A stretch of 64,000 bases of DNA, from NCBI RefSeq assembly GCF_009914755.1, contig NC_060939.1. One strand, 5' to 3'. Under the pieces are notes generated by a model. That model made no database searches. It saw nothing but the letters and a program-made list of their open reading frames with translations, and was not told the DNA's origin. Source of the stretch: the human T2T-CHM13v2.0 reference genome, Homo sapiens. Both the position numbers and the translations under genes were made by a program. Positions 1-12,947 of this stretch are shown here, in pieces (within the stretch, counting starts at the first letter, position 1; every line of letters begins with the position of its first letter).

Positions 1-87
1 CTGAGGCCTAATGAGGTTCATTTGCCAGGGGTATGAAGAGATGGAACCAGATTCACACCCAGGTCTGTCTACCCCAAGCCTGTGTTC
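1..87 (-). mobile_element. MIR SINE fragment
   Basis: ctgaggc..gaggtt..ttgcc..gg...gattcacacccaggtctgtct resembles the reverse complement of the MIR core. Confidence 0.55.
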
Positions 88-793
88 TCAGGACACCCAG
101 CCCCAGCTCCTGACGAGACGGTGGGGCTGATGGGTGGACACCGGCCTCTCCTGCCAGCTCCCCACCTTCTCGCCCTCCTCCCAGCCTTCTCCTCCCCATT
201 GCTTGCCTCTGTGTAGTTTCCTGTTCTCCAAGCAGCCTTCCACTTCTGCCCCGGTCACGTGGAGTTCCACTGCCAAGCTACTAAAGCCCAGGAAGTCTGC
301 TGTGGACTCAGGTTAGGGTGGACTCCTGCCCCTGCTGGGACTCTGGGAGCAGGGTCTGCGTCCTCTACCCTCTGCTGCTTCCAGTGTGGCTGCCCACAGG
401 GCTGGGCACTCAGGGGACAGGGGTGACAGTAAGGAACCCAGAAAGGGCCCAAAGAGTTGACTTGAATCTCAGGCAGGATGCAGGGCTGTGTGTTTTAAGG
501 AAGAGGTTTACCCAAGGCCTGGACAACGAATCAGAGAGAACTCCAGACCCCACTTTGGCCCTGGACTGAGCTTTGGGGAAAGGAGGTCCCTGATCAACCC
601 TTGCAGCCCCAGACAGCTCCACTGCTCCCTCCTGGCTGCCTCTGACTCTCTCTCTCTCCCTCCTTGTCTTTTTCCACCCCCTTCCTCTGCCCTTTTTCCC
701 TTCCTAAAAAACACAGAGAAATGGGATTCAGAAGCCTACACCGCCTGCGAAGTATGGTTCAGCCTCCCCAAAAGAGGAAATGCCAGTGTGCGG

Positions 794-807
794 GTTCTCA
801 TGGCAAC
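794..807. promoter_or_regulatory. RFX X-box motif
   Basis: GTTCTCATGGCAAC, near-palindromic match to GTTGCCATGGCAAC, in a locally CpG-retaining stretch. Confidence 0.5.
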
Positions 808-2099
808 TCCAGCTCCTCCCCCCGCAGCCGCCCTGCGCCCATATGGTGAGACTCGTGTGGCACCGGCTCAGAGGGGCCTTGGGGTCTGGGGCTTGGGCTG
901 CAACGGGGGCCATGTTGGTTCCCTCGGCTGCCCTGTCCAGAGCTCACCCTCTTGGGCACACGAGACCACCTCCTGCAGGGACTCCCAGTCCTGTCCTCGG
1001 CCCTCCCCAGGATGCAGATATGTGGGGTGATATTCAGAAGCTGCCCCCAGTGTGTTAGGCACCCTCTGCCTCCCCCGTCCCTCTGGCTTTGTCCATGATA
1101 CATGCCCTGGACTTTGGGAGTTCCATGTTAGGTGTGGAGGGATGGGGAAAACAGGAGTGCAGCCAGGAGCTGGTTTCTTTGTCCCTGGCAGTGGCACCCT
1201 GGCTGCCAGCCCCACCCCATCCCAAGCTACTGCACAGGTGCCCAGCAGTCCTGGTCTCTGAGCTGTGCAGTGAGGGAGCAAGGCTTGAGCCCTCGCTTTG
1301 GCTGAGCTGCCACAGGACACTGCCCCTTCATGCCCCTAAACTCTCCCCGTGCCCACCCAGGGCAGCTCCTACCAGCTGTGTGGACTCTTGGTTTTCGAGG
1401 ACAGTTGGCATTTCCATGACATATAAAATGGAAGCTAATGCCAGGCAAGCTTGGGGACTGGAGGGATGGCAGCTGAGGAGCAAATCTTCTAAGGCTTGAT
1501 ACTCATCCTGCCTCTTTTTCTAGGGCTCAGACAGGGATGCCTGGGTCCCTGGTACTGCCTGGCTCCTCCTCCCTCCCCTGACCTCAGGTAGCTGCCCCAG
1601 ACCTCAGCTAGTCATGGGGCATCTTGAAAGAACCACCCTGGGCAGGCTAGGTGGATGAGGGGCCGGGGGTGGGGGAACGCAAGCCCCAAGCCTGAGGGCA
1701 GTGAAGGTTGGGACCCACTCAGTGTTCATGAATGTGGCCCCTTCACCAGCTCAGGCCATTCTCTCTGGGTGTCCTGAATCCCCAAACTCCCCATCTTGAT
1801 CCCTCCTGCACACTCCATTTCCAACTCTTCTCCCCAGACATTCCCATGACTATCAGAATCAAGGAACCCCAAAGGGGATAGGCTTGACCCCTAGGAGCAC
1901 ACAGATGGGGCCCAGAGAGGGTTAGAGCTCTACAAGGTCACACAGCGAGCCTGGGGTAAAGCCGGGCCCAGAAGTAGGTCCCCTGCCTCCCTGCCCAGGG
2001 TCCTCTGAAGGGCCCAAGCTGCTTCCTCTGAGGATCTCTCCCCCTCAACTGAAGGAAGGAGGGATGGATTTAGGGGGGCAGGGAGTAGAGATTCGGGAA

Positions 2100-2330
2100 C
2101 AGATGGACTTGGAGGCTCCGCCGCGGGGGCTTGAGGGAGGGGGAGGAGGCCCGGAGAAACTGGAACTGTTACAAAGTTGCGAGTTAAAACATTCTTCACA
2201 CTCCCGCCTCCTTTACTGTTCTGATGCACCAAGACGTGACAAAAATGTGTCAGATTTTTAAAAAACCGCACACACACACAAATGCCAGTCCCCGTCTCTG
2301 CCGCCCGCCCAAGCTTGGGCCATCTGTTTC
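2100..2330. promoter_or_regulatory. CpG-enriched unique segment, possible promoter or enhancer
   Basis: Locally more CpGs (ccgccgcggggg, cccgcc, gccgcccgccc) around an AT-richer core; no repeat similarity recognised. Confidence 0.3.
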
Positions 2331-3829
2331 CCGGGGGTGGGAGGGGAGTGGGGCTTGGCAGTCGGCACCATCACTCTGGATGCCCCCAACCTGGGGTCTG
2401 GACCAACGGCCTGGCCCAGAAATGGCCCTCAGGTGACGGCGGGATGTCTAGGAAGGTGAGGACTGTGACACTTCCCCGTCAGCAGGGCCGCCCTGCCCTG
2501 CCCACCCTGGAGTCCGGCGCATGCCCAGCCCTTCACACCGAGCTGGGCAGTAGCTCTTCTCTTCACTTCCTGCATGTGGGGGCACTGGGGCTTGGAGAGC
2601 CCTCTCTGGGACTCCCAAAGCCCACCCTTGTAGTACAGATGGGAAACTGAGGCCCAGAGAGGAGAGGAGAGGCCAGGTCCACAGTGAAACAGTCTGTGTA
2701 CACACTTCACCCATTCGCTCAACAAACACTGACCAGGCATGCTCTGGTGCTGGTGCTGAGCACCGTTCTCACCGCACGTGGTTCTGGGCAAGGGGGACTC
2801 AGTGCTGAACTGGCAGATGCAGGCTTGTTCTCCAGCAGCTCAAGGCCAGGGGAAGGCAGCCGATCCGCAAGTAATAACAGACTGACAAACTGGGACTTCC
2901 AACAAAAGAAAGAGGAAGAAAAGAAAGCAGGCAGGCCTGGCAGTAGGGACTGGAAAGAAATGAGGGTGACCAATCATCCCCATTTGTCTGGGAATGTCTG
3001 CTTTCAGCACTAAGAGTTTTGCATCCTAGGAGACACCTCGGTTCTGGGCAAACCAGGATGACTGTCACCTGAAGGCTACTTTAGGTTGAGTACACTTGAG
3101 CTGAGTCCTGAACATGATGAAACCAGCAATGTGAAGATCTGGGGGGCAACAGAGGAGCTAAGACTGAGCGAGGACGGAGTGGGAGAGGAGCAGGGGAAAG
3201 GGAGGCAGGCAGATCACAAAGGGCCCGTGGGCCCTGGAATAGAGTGGAGTGGAGATTTTATCTAGTCACAGGATTCAATTTTATTGTGGTCATTGAGTCA
3301 AACTAGGGAGCAGCTTGGTGCAAAGGTCACAGATTGTAGAGAATTTTAAAAATTCATTAAGGTTGGAGCCCTGGGGGCAAGGGCAGTGGCTTGGGTGCCT
3401 GGAGAAGCTGGCTGGGACTAGATCTGAAGCTTCCTCAGGGAGCTGGGACTTCAGCCGTAGGGCAATGGGAGCCACTGAAGCGTATAAGCAGGGCTTGATG
3501 GGGTTAGATTTGCAAGGAAAAAACCCTAATGCTCTGGGCTGGTCATGGCTCTGTACAGGACCCTTTCCTGCCGTCCCCAGAACACCATGCACCACTGTCC
3601 CCACTCCCAAACCTTAGGGAGTCCTGTCATCTTCCAAGACCCAGCCCAAATGCCACCTCTTCTAAGAAGTCTTCCCTGACTTGCTGAGAGAGACAGGTGC
3701 AATCATGCCCTACCTAGGACTCCCCCATCCAAGGACCCTCAAGCAGAGGTCTCAAGGGAGCCCTCATCACAATGGACACTCTTTCGGTTCCCACTTTGTC
3801 ACAGTGGATCCTTAAGGCCATCTGACCAG

Positions 3830-3935
3830 AACCATGTTCCAGTTGTGGACATGGAGGCTCAGAGAGGGCATGTAGTTTGCCTGAGACCACACAGCAGTTG
3901 AAGTGTGAGGTCAGTTCAGAACCATGTCACCTCTG
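3830..3935 (-). mobile_element. MIR fragment
   Basis: gaggctcagagaggg..gtagtttgcctgagaccacacagc is the MIR core in reverse orientation. Confidence 0.55.
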
Positions 3936-4174
3936 TCTGAGTTCAGAGTCCCTGGGCTCCTGCCTACAGGGGTAGTGGATGGGGAGAAGCAAAGAGTGGC
4001 CAGTCACCTTCCCACACAGGAACAGAGGAGTGGTCATTACCATGGTGGGCTGGATGGGATGGACCATGGGGCGTGCCACCTGGCCAGCTGGCAGATTTAT
4101 AATGGAAGTCTCCCAGATCAATTACTGTATTACCAGGCAGCCTGACCTTGAAAGCTGGTGGGGCGGGAGAGGCT

Positions 4175-4193
4175 GGGGTGGGGTGGGGTGGGG
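4175..4193 (+). other. G-quadruplex-forming motif (GGGGT)3GGGG
   Basis: Four G4 runs separated by single-T loops. Confidence 0.65.
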
Positions 4194-4221
4194 CCAGCCT
4201 AGAGCAGCTGCCTAGCCTCCT

Positions 4222-4236
4222 CCAGCAGAGGGCACC
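4222..4236 (+). promoter_or_regulatory. CTCF core motif
   Basis: CCAGCAGAGGGCACC matches CCASYAGRKGGCRSY at every position. Confidence 0.6.
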
Positions 4237-4914
4237 CTGGGAACCAGAAGACCTCCTGGTGGAGAGGAAAGGGGCGGGGCCTGGAATCGTACCATTATTG
4301 CACATTCTTCTGTTTAAAATAGTGAAAGTCCTTGTTAGAATGCAATAAACCCTTCCCTACACTATGCTCCAGGAAGAGATCATCAGACCATTCTGAAGAG
4401 GAGGAGTTGGCACAGTTACTTCTCCTCTCTGAGCCTCGATCTCCCTGCCGGCAAAATGGGGATCCTTGTCCCAGCTCCACTCACTCTATAGGGTTCGTTT
4501 GAGGCTCATGGTAAATAGGCTTAGAAATGGGCCCTCGGGCATGTCCAGCCTGGAGTAGAGTCAAGGGTGTCCAGGGGGCCAGGCGGAGGTTCAGCCATGG
4601 TAAGACGTGGAGGGGTGCCGAGGCCTCAGAGGACATTACTTCTGATTCCTCCCACAGTCTGTGTGATGATACTCGGCGCCAAGGGACTTTCTCAGGGGTG
4701 CTCTGAGATCCGGAGGGGAGGGTGCCTGGCCTGAAGCCCCACCCTTGCAGGCATCTCATGGGAGAATGGTGAGCCCTGGGGGGAGAGCAGAGTCTCCCTT
4801 GCTCTCCCGAGGCGACCTCAGCAGATGCCTGACATGGTTTGCAGCAACAGCTGGGCTCTATTCTCTGTACCAAGTGGGAGCAGGGATGGAGCCCTGGAGG
4901 AGGGAGAAGTTTGC

Positions 4915-5045
4915 CTCTTGCTCCCTCAGTTTCCCTTTGTCAACATTTCTCCTTAAACTCCCACCAATTAGAAATTCATTCGGGCTAGTGGATGAATTAA
5001 GGGACTTCATACATGCACAGTGTTTAGAACAGTGCCTTCCTGGCC
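4915..5045 (+). mobile_element. MIR fragment
   Basis: cctcagtttccc...gatgaattaa...atacatgcacagtgtttagaacagtgcc is the MIR 3' half. Confidence 0.6.
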
Positions 5046-8000
5046 TGGGTGGACAGGCAGAGAGTGGAGGGTGAGTAGCCTTCAAGGGCTGAGAGTCTGT
5101 CTGTAGTTTTCCCAGTGTCTGGTTTGGGAGTAGAGGAATGCACAGAGGCAGGGATGAGATCCCTGCCTGGAGCACAGGCCTCTTCCCAAGACAGGCGGGA
5201 GGGATGGATGGAGGGCTGCGGCTGTGCCTGAGCCTGGCTGCCTGCTCATCACAGTGCTGGGCACTGCAGGGAGAGTTTGGGGAGACAGGACAGGGTCAGG
5301 GGGTGATTATGGGCAAACAGAGTGGAAAATGAAGGCCTTCAGCTGGCAAATGAGTTTAACAGAAATGAGATGGGCAGAGGCTGTGATGAGAATTGCAATG
5401 CTGGGCAAAGGCGAGCCGATTTTCAAACTGGCCTGGGTGGGCAGGCTGGGATGGGTTAGCTTCATCCCTTGCCCTCAGGAGCCAGCCAGGTTGCAGGGAC
5501 AGTGCCTGAGCCCCCAGACCCACCCCACACCAAGAAGGCAGAGGGACAGAGAGACCTTTGGATTGACAAGATCTCGCATGAGTGGTGGGATGAAATTAAA
5601 GCAGGAGGGACTGTGGTCAGACTTGCAGAAGAAGTTCTTGGACAGCATGGGAACAAACAGGGAAGGCTGGGAAGTCCTGGGGACAAGCTGCCCCCAATGC
5701 CCACCCTCCCAGAGGAGCTACTCCCAGCTCTGCCTCAGGCAGCAAGCAGAGCCTCCTCGCTGAGGGTATTCAGCTGTGGAAGACCTCCCAGAGGCAGGCC
5801 TCTCTTTGGGTCTCAGTTTGGATATCTATGAAATGGGAATGACAGTGCCTTGCCAGTTCATTTGAAGCCCCCAATGAGACTCAGCGCCAGACACTATCTG
5901 TTTCCTGGGTTGGGCCACCATCCCTGAGAGGGCAGAAGGCAAGACCTTCTCTGGCCCGAGGGCTCAAACACTGCTGGGTAAACAGCCTGAAGTGTGCCTC
6001 ACAGCACCCTAGACCCTTGTCCTCTTTCCCCTACTGATCGCCCCACCCTCTGCTTCTTTTTCCCTCCTGCCCTTCCCAGCGGGGCCTGAGCAAACAGAGA
6101 CAGCATGGCCCACATCTCACACAGGGACAGGCCAGCCCTCTACCTTTGCTGGGCCTCAGTTTCCCTGTGTGGACAAGGGCTGTGCTGACCCAGAGAGTCT
6201 TGGAGACCCTTCCAGGGCCCATGGTCTGGAGGAGAGGATGCTGTCTCTGATTCTTTCCCAATCCTCATGGGCCACTCCTGCCCAGGATGCTGCCTGCACC
6301 CACCCTGCCCGACTCCCCTCAACGGGAGCTTCCATGACCTCTGGATGGGGCAAGAGGAGATGGTAGGTAGGTTGAGGCAAGAGCCACTTCCAGTACAATA
6401 ACTTATAACTGGCTGACAGATTGAATTAGACCTTTTCCAGCTCCATACCCCATTGATCCAGGAGGACCCACATATGTGAGTGTGTGTGACCCTGGCCTAC
6501 ACAGTTCTGGGGCCCCAGTGCACAGCCCCAGTCAGGTAGGGTTAGCAGAGGGAAGGCGTGGTACTGGTAGCTCCTACCCCCACCCCACCCTGCTCAGCTG
6601 CCCCAGCTCCTGCCCAAGGGGCCTCTGAGCACTAAGTTACAGCTTGGCCTGGCTGTGGGGAATGAGAGAAGGGCGGTCAGAGGGAGGAAGGATGGGGTTG
6701 GCTGGAGCCCTTGGGGATGAGGGGGCAGGAAACCCTTTTCTATGAGGTTCTCAAAGAGGGAACAGGCTGCCCAGCCCCAACTGAGAACATGACCCCACCC
6801 TCACCTTCTCTCAAAGCCAATACCCTCCACCCTCTCTTGAAGCCTTTCCAGCCCCCTCTAACTCCTCTTTAGCAGCCCCCAGCTCAAGGCCAAGGACTAG
6901 CTTCCTTGGCCCTGGGTTTCCCTGAATGCCCAGCCTGGGGGTCTCTACTCCATGAAGGGCTGGTGGGTGAAGGCAGGCCTGCCTGCCTCTCTGTGACCTA
7001 AAAATCAATCCTTTTAGCCCCTTCTGAAGCCAGAAGGTCTCTGGTTCTATATTTTAAAATACTTTGAAGTCGATGGACTGACTCCTGAGCCATCCTGTGC
7101 ACATGTGCCCTCAGCTTGGTCACACGCAGGCACACACACTGCACATGTGTATACCAACAGATGCACACGATGACAGCAATATTTCAGTAGCTGACCACCG
7201 CACAGAACCCACACTCCCTGGGCTGGGAAAAAGACAGGCACTGCAGGAGGCTCTGGGACAAGCAAGGCCCCTGCAGGAAGGAAGCCGGTGCTTCACCACA
7301 CTCGAAAGGCAGGACTCCGCCTCTGGGGGAAGGTGGGGAAGCCGGGGGTCACCCCCAACCTGACAGGCTTTTTGAGGATCAGCCTCACCTCCATAGACAT
7401 CCAGTCCAGGGCTAAGTCTGCCCCAGTGGCATCTGGAAGTCCTTCCTAATATCTAACTTAAATCAAATCAATCATCTCTTCCTGCATTCAGTAAACATTC
7501 TCCACGCATGGCCATGCCCTGGTAGAAGGAAGCAGAGATGTGCTGGGTCACCTAGAACTGTGTGCGGTGCGAGGGCGGAAGAAGAAAGCGGCTTTGGTGT
7601 CTATCAGTGGTCGGGGGTGGGAGGCTTCCAGGATCCCTGGGTGGCTTAAACGGTGGTCATTCCCCATGATTCAGTTTTCTTGGCTAAATAGGGCCTGGTT
7701 CAGGCAGGAAACCCTGCCACCTCCCCCTGCCACCCAGTCCAGTGAACGTCTGCCTGAGCTCACTGGTGGGGTAGAACTCCACCCTGGACTTTGGTCCTGT
7801 CTAGGGGACCCGTTTAACCACTCAGGGCTTTAGCTAAATCCCCACCCAAGATGTATCCTGAAATGGCAGTGACATCTTCAGGTATTTATCTGCCCTTCTC
7901 TCAGAAACCCCTTCCCACCTCTGAGGCATCCTACCCAGACCCCCAGCCCCTGCCCCACTGCCTGAAATCCCACCAGTAGGGGTCCTTCCTCAGTGTTTGG

Positions 8001-8453
8001 GTGTTCTCTGCGTGGGGGTGCGCTTACACGCCCCAGTTCCAGAGATACGGGCCTCCCCTACCACTCTGCCGCTCATATCCCAAGTCCCAGGGGCTGAAGC
8101 TGAAGGGTCGAGTGGGGGATGGGGAGAGCCTCTGTCACCCTCCATGCAATCAGCTGAGTGTGGCATAAATGACCCATGAGTCCTGGGGCCTGGCAGAGGA
8201 AATGCTCAGGCCCAAGAGTGAGGTCACCTGGACAGGGAGGCCCAGGGAGGGGCTAAGCAGGGCAAGCCTGGGCTCCCAAGGCAGAGCCCCTCTGGCAGAG
8301 GCTGGGGCAGGACCCGGGCAAGCCTTGCCTTCGGACCTTGGCTGAGCGTGCAACACCAAGCATCTGCTGGGGAAGGTGGGGAGCTGCCACAGAGCCTTCC
8401 CTGGGAGACTGACCCAGATTTCTCTCTCCCTTCCTCTCTTCTGCCACACAGGA

Positions 8454-8456
<3 letters not shown>

Positions 8457-8501
<45 letters not shown>

Positions 8502-8524
8502 CGTGCGCGCGCGCGCGCATGCGT
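8457..8524. repeat. (GT)18 followed by a (GC)n-rich tract; 68-bp alternating purine-pyrimidine run
   Basis: Read directly from the sequence. Confidence 0.95.
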
Positions 8525-9715
8525 TTGCATTCTCAGCCCTGGCAGGCGGAGGGGTGGAAAGGGAGGAGGCTTGCTGAAAGCTCTGGGAAATGAGACAGAA
8601 ATCCTCCCCAAATCCCTGGCCACTGTCACTAATAGCTGAAATACGCTCTTGACAACAAGGTGAAAGTCCCTGGATGCTGGGGCCTGGCCTTGCCACCAGG
8701 AGCTGGTGCCCCAGGCCTGTCTGTTATGGGAAGGCCCCAGGCCTTGTGGATGGTTGGGGGGTCATGGCCAAGCCCTGACCCCATCCTCTGGCACTCCTGA
8801 CATCTCCTTTCGAGGCAACGTCCCATAGGTTCCCCAGGCGCTTCCCTGGGAAGCAGTGAGCTCCCGGTCAGGAGAGCAGTGTAAGTGGCTGGGGAGGGTA
8901 GGTCAGCATCCTGTGGCAGGCACTCAGGTATGTGTGGGGAGGTGGCTTGCACAAAAGAGAGCTGGAGGGCTCCTCCCAGCCTGAGCTGTTTCTTTGATGC
9001 CTACTTCTATCCACCAGGAGCCCCTACCTGGTCCAAGTTGGCTGGCCTTGTCCCCAGGAGGCCAAACCTCAGGACTCAGGGGGAGGGCCTTGAGATGGGC
9101 CAGGGAGGGCTGGACCCAGGCCTGAGAGCAGCAAGTTCCGGAGCATCTGACTCCAGTGGGAGGGGAAGGGTGTGTCCCTGTGGGGCTGCTGGCCGTGGCA
9201 GGGGCTCTTGTACACACATACAGATACAGAATTGTACTTGAAGGGACAGCTCCTTCAGACTTGTAAACACACAGCTGTACACATATGACACACATACAGA
9301 GATCTGCATGTGCAAACAGAGGCATGCTTGTACACACGTGTGCCTGAGCTCATACAGAGGTGGGCGCACATCTTGGTATACAGGTCCCTGCCTGTGCACA
9401 TGTGGGCAGGGACGCCTGGTTCCCTTGTGGGCTGTTCTGAGCCCCATGAGGTGTATGAGAGACATTTTCCCCAGAGACTGTCCACAGGATGTTCAAGCCA
9501 AATCCTCGAAAAGCTTCCAGAGGTGACTCCAGAGGCAAGCCCTCTCCTCTGCCAGCACTCAAGGCCCCTTGCCCAACCCTCAGCCTTCTGGTGGGCTCTG
9601 TGTCATGTCCTCTCCAGCCAGGCCTTTCCTGCCTTGCTCCATGCTTGGCAGATACCACGCTTTGCCCTGTACCCTGACAGCTAGAGCCCTGCTCCTTGTC
9701 AAGGACCCCAACATC

Positions 9716-9730
9716 CTGCTAGAGGGCAGT
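9716..9730 (+). promoter_or_regulatory. CTCF-like motif (imperfect)
   Basis: CTGCTAGAGGGCAGT: right part of the core intact, mismatches in the left CCA. Confidence 0.3.
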
Positions 9731-10109
9731 GGGAACCTCCTGCTCACCCACTGCTTGTGTGTGACCCTGGGTAGGGTTCTGCCACTGCCTGGGCCTCAGT
9801 CTCTCTTCTGCCTATTGGAGGGGCTGCTTTGAGGCCTGGGAGCTCTGAGACCTGGGAGACCCAGCACAGATGAGTGCAACCATAGTTGCGAGTGCCCTTC
9901 AGGCCAGCCCAAGCCCAGGTGGCCCTTTCCTGAACCCAAGGAATATCCTTTGTCCTCACACATCCCCTCCACAGCTAGCTGGCTTAGTCGCCATGCTGGG
10001 AATTCCACCCGCCTGCAGACGCTGACCTGCCCACACCGCACCCTCCGCCAGGCAGGTGAGGTGAGATGCTGAGCTGACCCGCCTCCAGGCTGCCCTGCAT
10101 GTGTCCTGG

Positions 10110-10483
10110 GCCCTTTCAGACCCAGGGCCTTTGCACAGGCAGTTCCCTCTGCCTGTGGTACTCATTCCTCTCCCTCAGCCTAAAAACACCTCCTTTTCCT
10201 CAGTGAATCCATTCAAGTGTTTGCTCTTCTGTGCAGCCTCTCTCCCCCATCCCAGCCACCCCCACACGGTGCTCTGGTTCTGGCTCACTGAGCAAGTTTT
10301 CCCCAGCACTGGTGAGCCCTGGCTATGCTTCCCCACCACCAAGGCCATGGGCTCCCCCAGGGCACAGCGAGGACCTGTTTATCTCAGTGTGCTTGGACCC
10401 TCCAGAGGGCCTGGCTCAGAGCACACAGCATCCAGCAAGTGTTGGCTGAATGAATGAATGAATGAATGAGTGAATGAATGAAT
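10110..10483 (+). mobile_element. L2 3' end with (TGAA)n tail
   Basis: cccagggcctttgcacaggcagttccctctgcct...gggcctggctcagag...gtgttggctgaatgaatgaatg. Confidence 0.65.
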
Positions 10484-10914
10484 GACATGAACATGTGGAC
10501 ATCTCCGCCAAGTCCTGTCTATGAGCTGAGACACAAGTTTCCGAGGTCCCCTTTGAGTGGGTGTTCCTTGGTGGGCAGGGCTGCCTCTCTCTGCCTCAAG
10601 GAGTCTTGCAGTCAGAGGCTCGCCTCTCATTCAGCAAACAGCCCTGGTGGAGGACCTGTTGTTAGAAAGTGTGCAGCGCTCCTGGGGGCAGCAGGCACAC
10701 ATCAGAGAACATGGGAGGGAGCCATGGGGCCTGCGTAATATGGGGCTAAGATGAGTGTGCTGTCGTCACTACTACCCTCATCTGCTGATTACCGTGAGCC
10801 GGCACTGGGTGAGGGGCTGGGGATTAGCCTCTGCCTGCCCTGGGGAGCACACAGGGGAAGAGATGCAGGTGAAGGAAATGACTTAGGGGCTGAAGCTGGA
10901 GGCAGAGGAGGGTG

Positions 10915-11140
10915 ATGGCTCAGTAGAAGAGCTTGGGAGCCACACAGCCTGATTCATGCTGCCCACCACTTAACAACCTTGTGATCTGGAGCAGCTAACT
11001 TAATCTCCTTGCATCTCAGTTTTCCTTCTCTATAAAATGGAATGCTAAGTATATTTGCTCCATAGCATTGTTATGAAGATCAAATGCTTGTAAGATGCTT
11101 TTAACAGTGCCTGGCACATCATAAGCACTCAAAAAACAAG
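10915..11140 (+). mobile_element. MIR, near full length
   Basis: ctcagttttccttctctataaaatgg...aacagtgcctggcacatcataagcactcaa. Confidence 0.8.
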
Positions 11141-11944
11141 CCCTGCCACTATGAGTTGTTGGATCATTAGTTCAGAGCAGCCCCAGACTAGGCATGTAGC
11201 AAATGGGCAGGCTGGCAGCACAGGAGACAGGCAGGTGGCAAGGGCTGAGGAACTCAGCCTCTCTGAATGATAAGTGGCTTGGCTTCTTGTGTTCAAGGAA
11301 TGAAAAGATCTAAAGAAGTCTGGCCAGAGGGACACTGAGATGAGCAATGTGGTTGGAGGAGAGGATACTGACCCAAGAATTCTCTGGATAAGAAGAAGGA
11401 GGAGGGGAAGCCTGAAGTGGATGGGTAAGGAGGGTCTGGGGTCTGGGAGTGCTAATCCTAGCCTTTCTGATCCTAACAGTGCATGGATGAGGGGGGCATG
11501 TGATTGCCTTGCTGTGGAGGTCAGCACCAGCAGAGCTGTGCAGATCGGAGTGTGGCCGGGGGCAAGGGAGGGGAGCGCATTCTCCCACTGGAGGAGCAGA
11601 GCATAGGGCTGAGGAGCTGCTCTCCCACCTCCGGCTATCTGGATGGCCCTCAATGGAGCCCTTCTAGGCTGTGGGTGCTCGGGCTGAGGTTTGTGGATCT
11701 TCCCAGGGATGTGGAGCCTGCTCTTCAGGCCAAGCCATCCTAGCAGAATAGGGAGGGGCGAGGGGCCATGGAGTGAAGGAGGCAGCTGCTGAATATGTGA
11801 GATGAGGGGTGCTCTCAGGGGACTGGGCTCGAGGACAGCAAGTCCCTGGTGCAGGAGGGAAGTGGGTGGACTTTCTTCTCTTGCTCAGCCCCGCTGAGTC
11901 TCTTGCTGTCTACCTAAGGCCACCCCCTCCTATCCCACCATCAG

Positions 11945-12130
11945 CCTTGTCAGTGTGACATTAATGGGCTGACATTAACAAGCCAGAGCTCCTCCACTTG
12001 TCTGCCAGGTCGAGCCTCAGCTGTGGAAGAATTGCTAATTACAGCCACCATAAGGAAATATCAATGATGGACGTCAATATTATTGCCTCCTGCATCCCTG
12101 CCTGTTTATTTGGAGATGAAAAGCGCCCTA
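11945..12130. promoter_or_regulatory. Candidate conserved enhancer (TALE/homeodomain/FOX motifs)
   Basis: TGACATTAA twice (11956, 11970), CTAATTA, ATCAAT and TGTTTATT in an AT-rich non-repeat island. Confidence 0.45.
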
Positions 12131-12339
12131 GGGTCATCTCTCCAGGACGAAGATGAGTGATGACAGAAGGGAGGAGAGCTACACATGGAGAAAAGGGCAT
12201 CCTCCAGCTGGATTCATTCATGAAACCAGGACCCATTTCCTCTGGGCAGAGTTCTCTCCACTGAGGGCCCAGGGCTGGGGCTGAGGGCAAAGGAACCTGC
12301 ACAGGGAGGAGGAACTAGTGATCCTGCTCCCAGCCCTGG

Positions 12340-12465
12340 TTCACCAAGTGACTGCATGTATGCCTCTTTGTGCCTCAGTTAACTCATCTGATAAATGGGT
12401 ATGACAATTCCAGTCCTGCCTACCTTGTGCATTGTGAGGAAGTGAATGAGGTGCAAAATCAGGGT
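12340..12465 (+). mobile_element. MIR fragment
   Basis: ctctttgtgcctcagtt..ctcatctgataaatgggtatgacaat...cctacct...ttgtgagga. Confidence 0.7.
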
Positions 12466-12947
12466 TTTAGAAGGACGACCCATGGTGCAAATGCAGGGGC
12501 TTCGTGGGCTGGAGGAGACACGTGGGGTAGCTGAGCAACTGGAAGGCACCAGCAAAGGGATGCACATGTCCCAGCTCAGTGAACTCTCTGAAGCAAATAT
12601 CCTCCCAACCATCCCCTATCAAGCACTTTGGTGGAAATCAAACAAACACTAAACACAAACACTAAAGCCAGAGAGAAGAGGGGAAAGCTTGACTCAAATG
12701 TGTAGTTGGTCTGGTGTCTCTGAGCCCCTGAGCCTGTGGGGACTTGCAAGGCTTCCAATCCACACCCTAAAACCTGCATGTAATGCCAGTCACAGGCTGA
12801 ACTGTCACGCAGGGCAGCCCTTCATCCGCTGAGAGAATCTCCCAGGCGTGCATACCCCTATTCAGAGAAACAGGGGCCCAGTTGAGAAGCCCCTTTAGAG
12901 ACAACCTGGACTGTCAGAGAAATGCACTTTACGTGCCAGGGTCACGA

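Noticed and set aside
9200-9410. Quasi-palindromic ACACATGTGCAC-rich tract (similar ones at ~7100, 26750, 37260, 62850)
   Set aside because: Decayed CA/TG low-complexity sequence; hairpin potential follows from composition alone and gives no evidence for an RNA gene.
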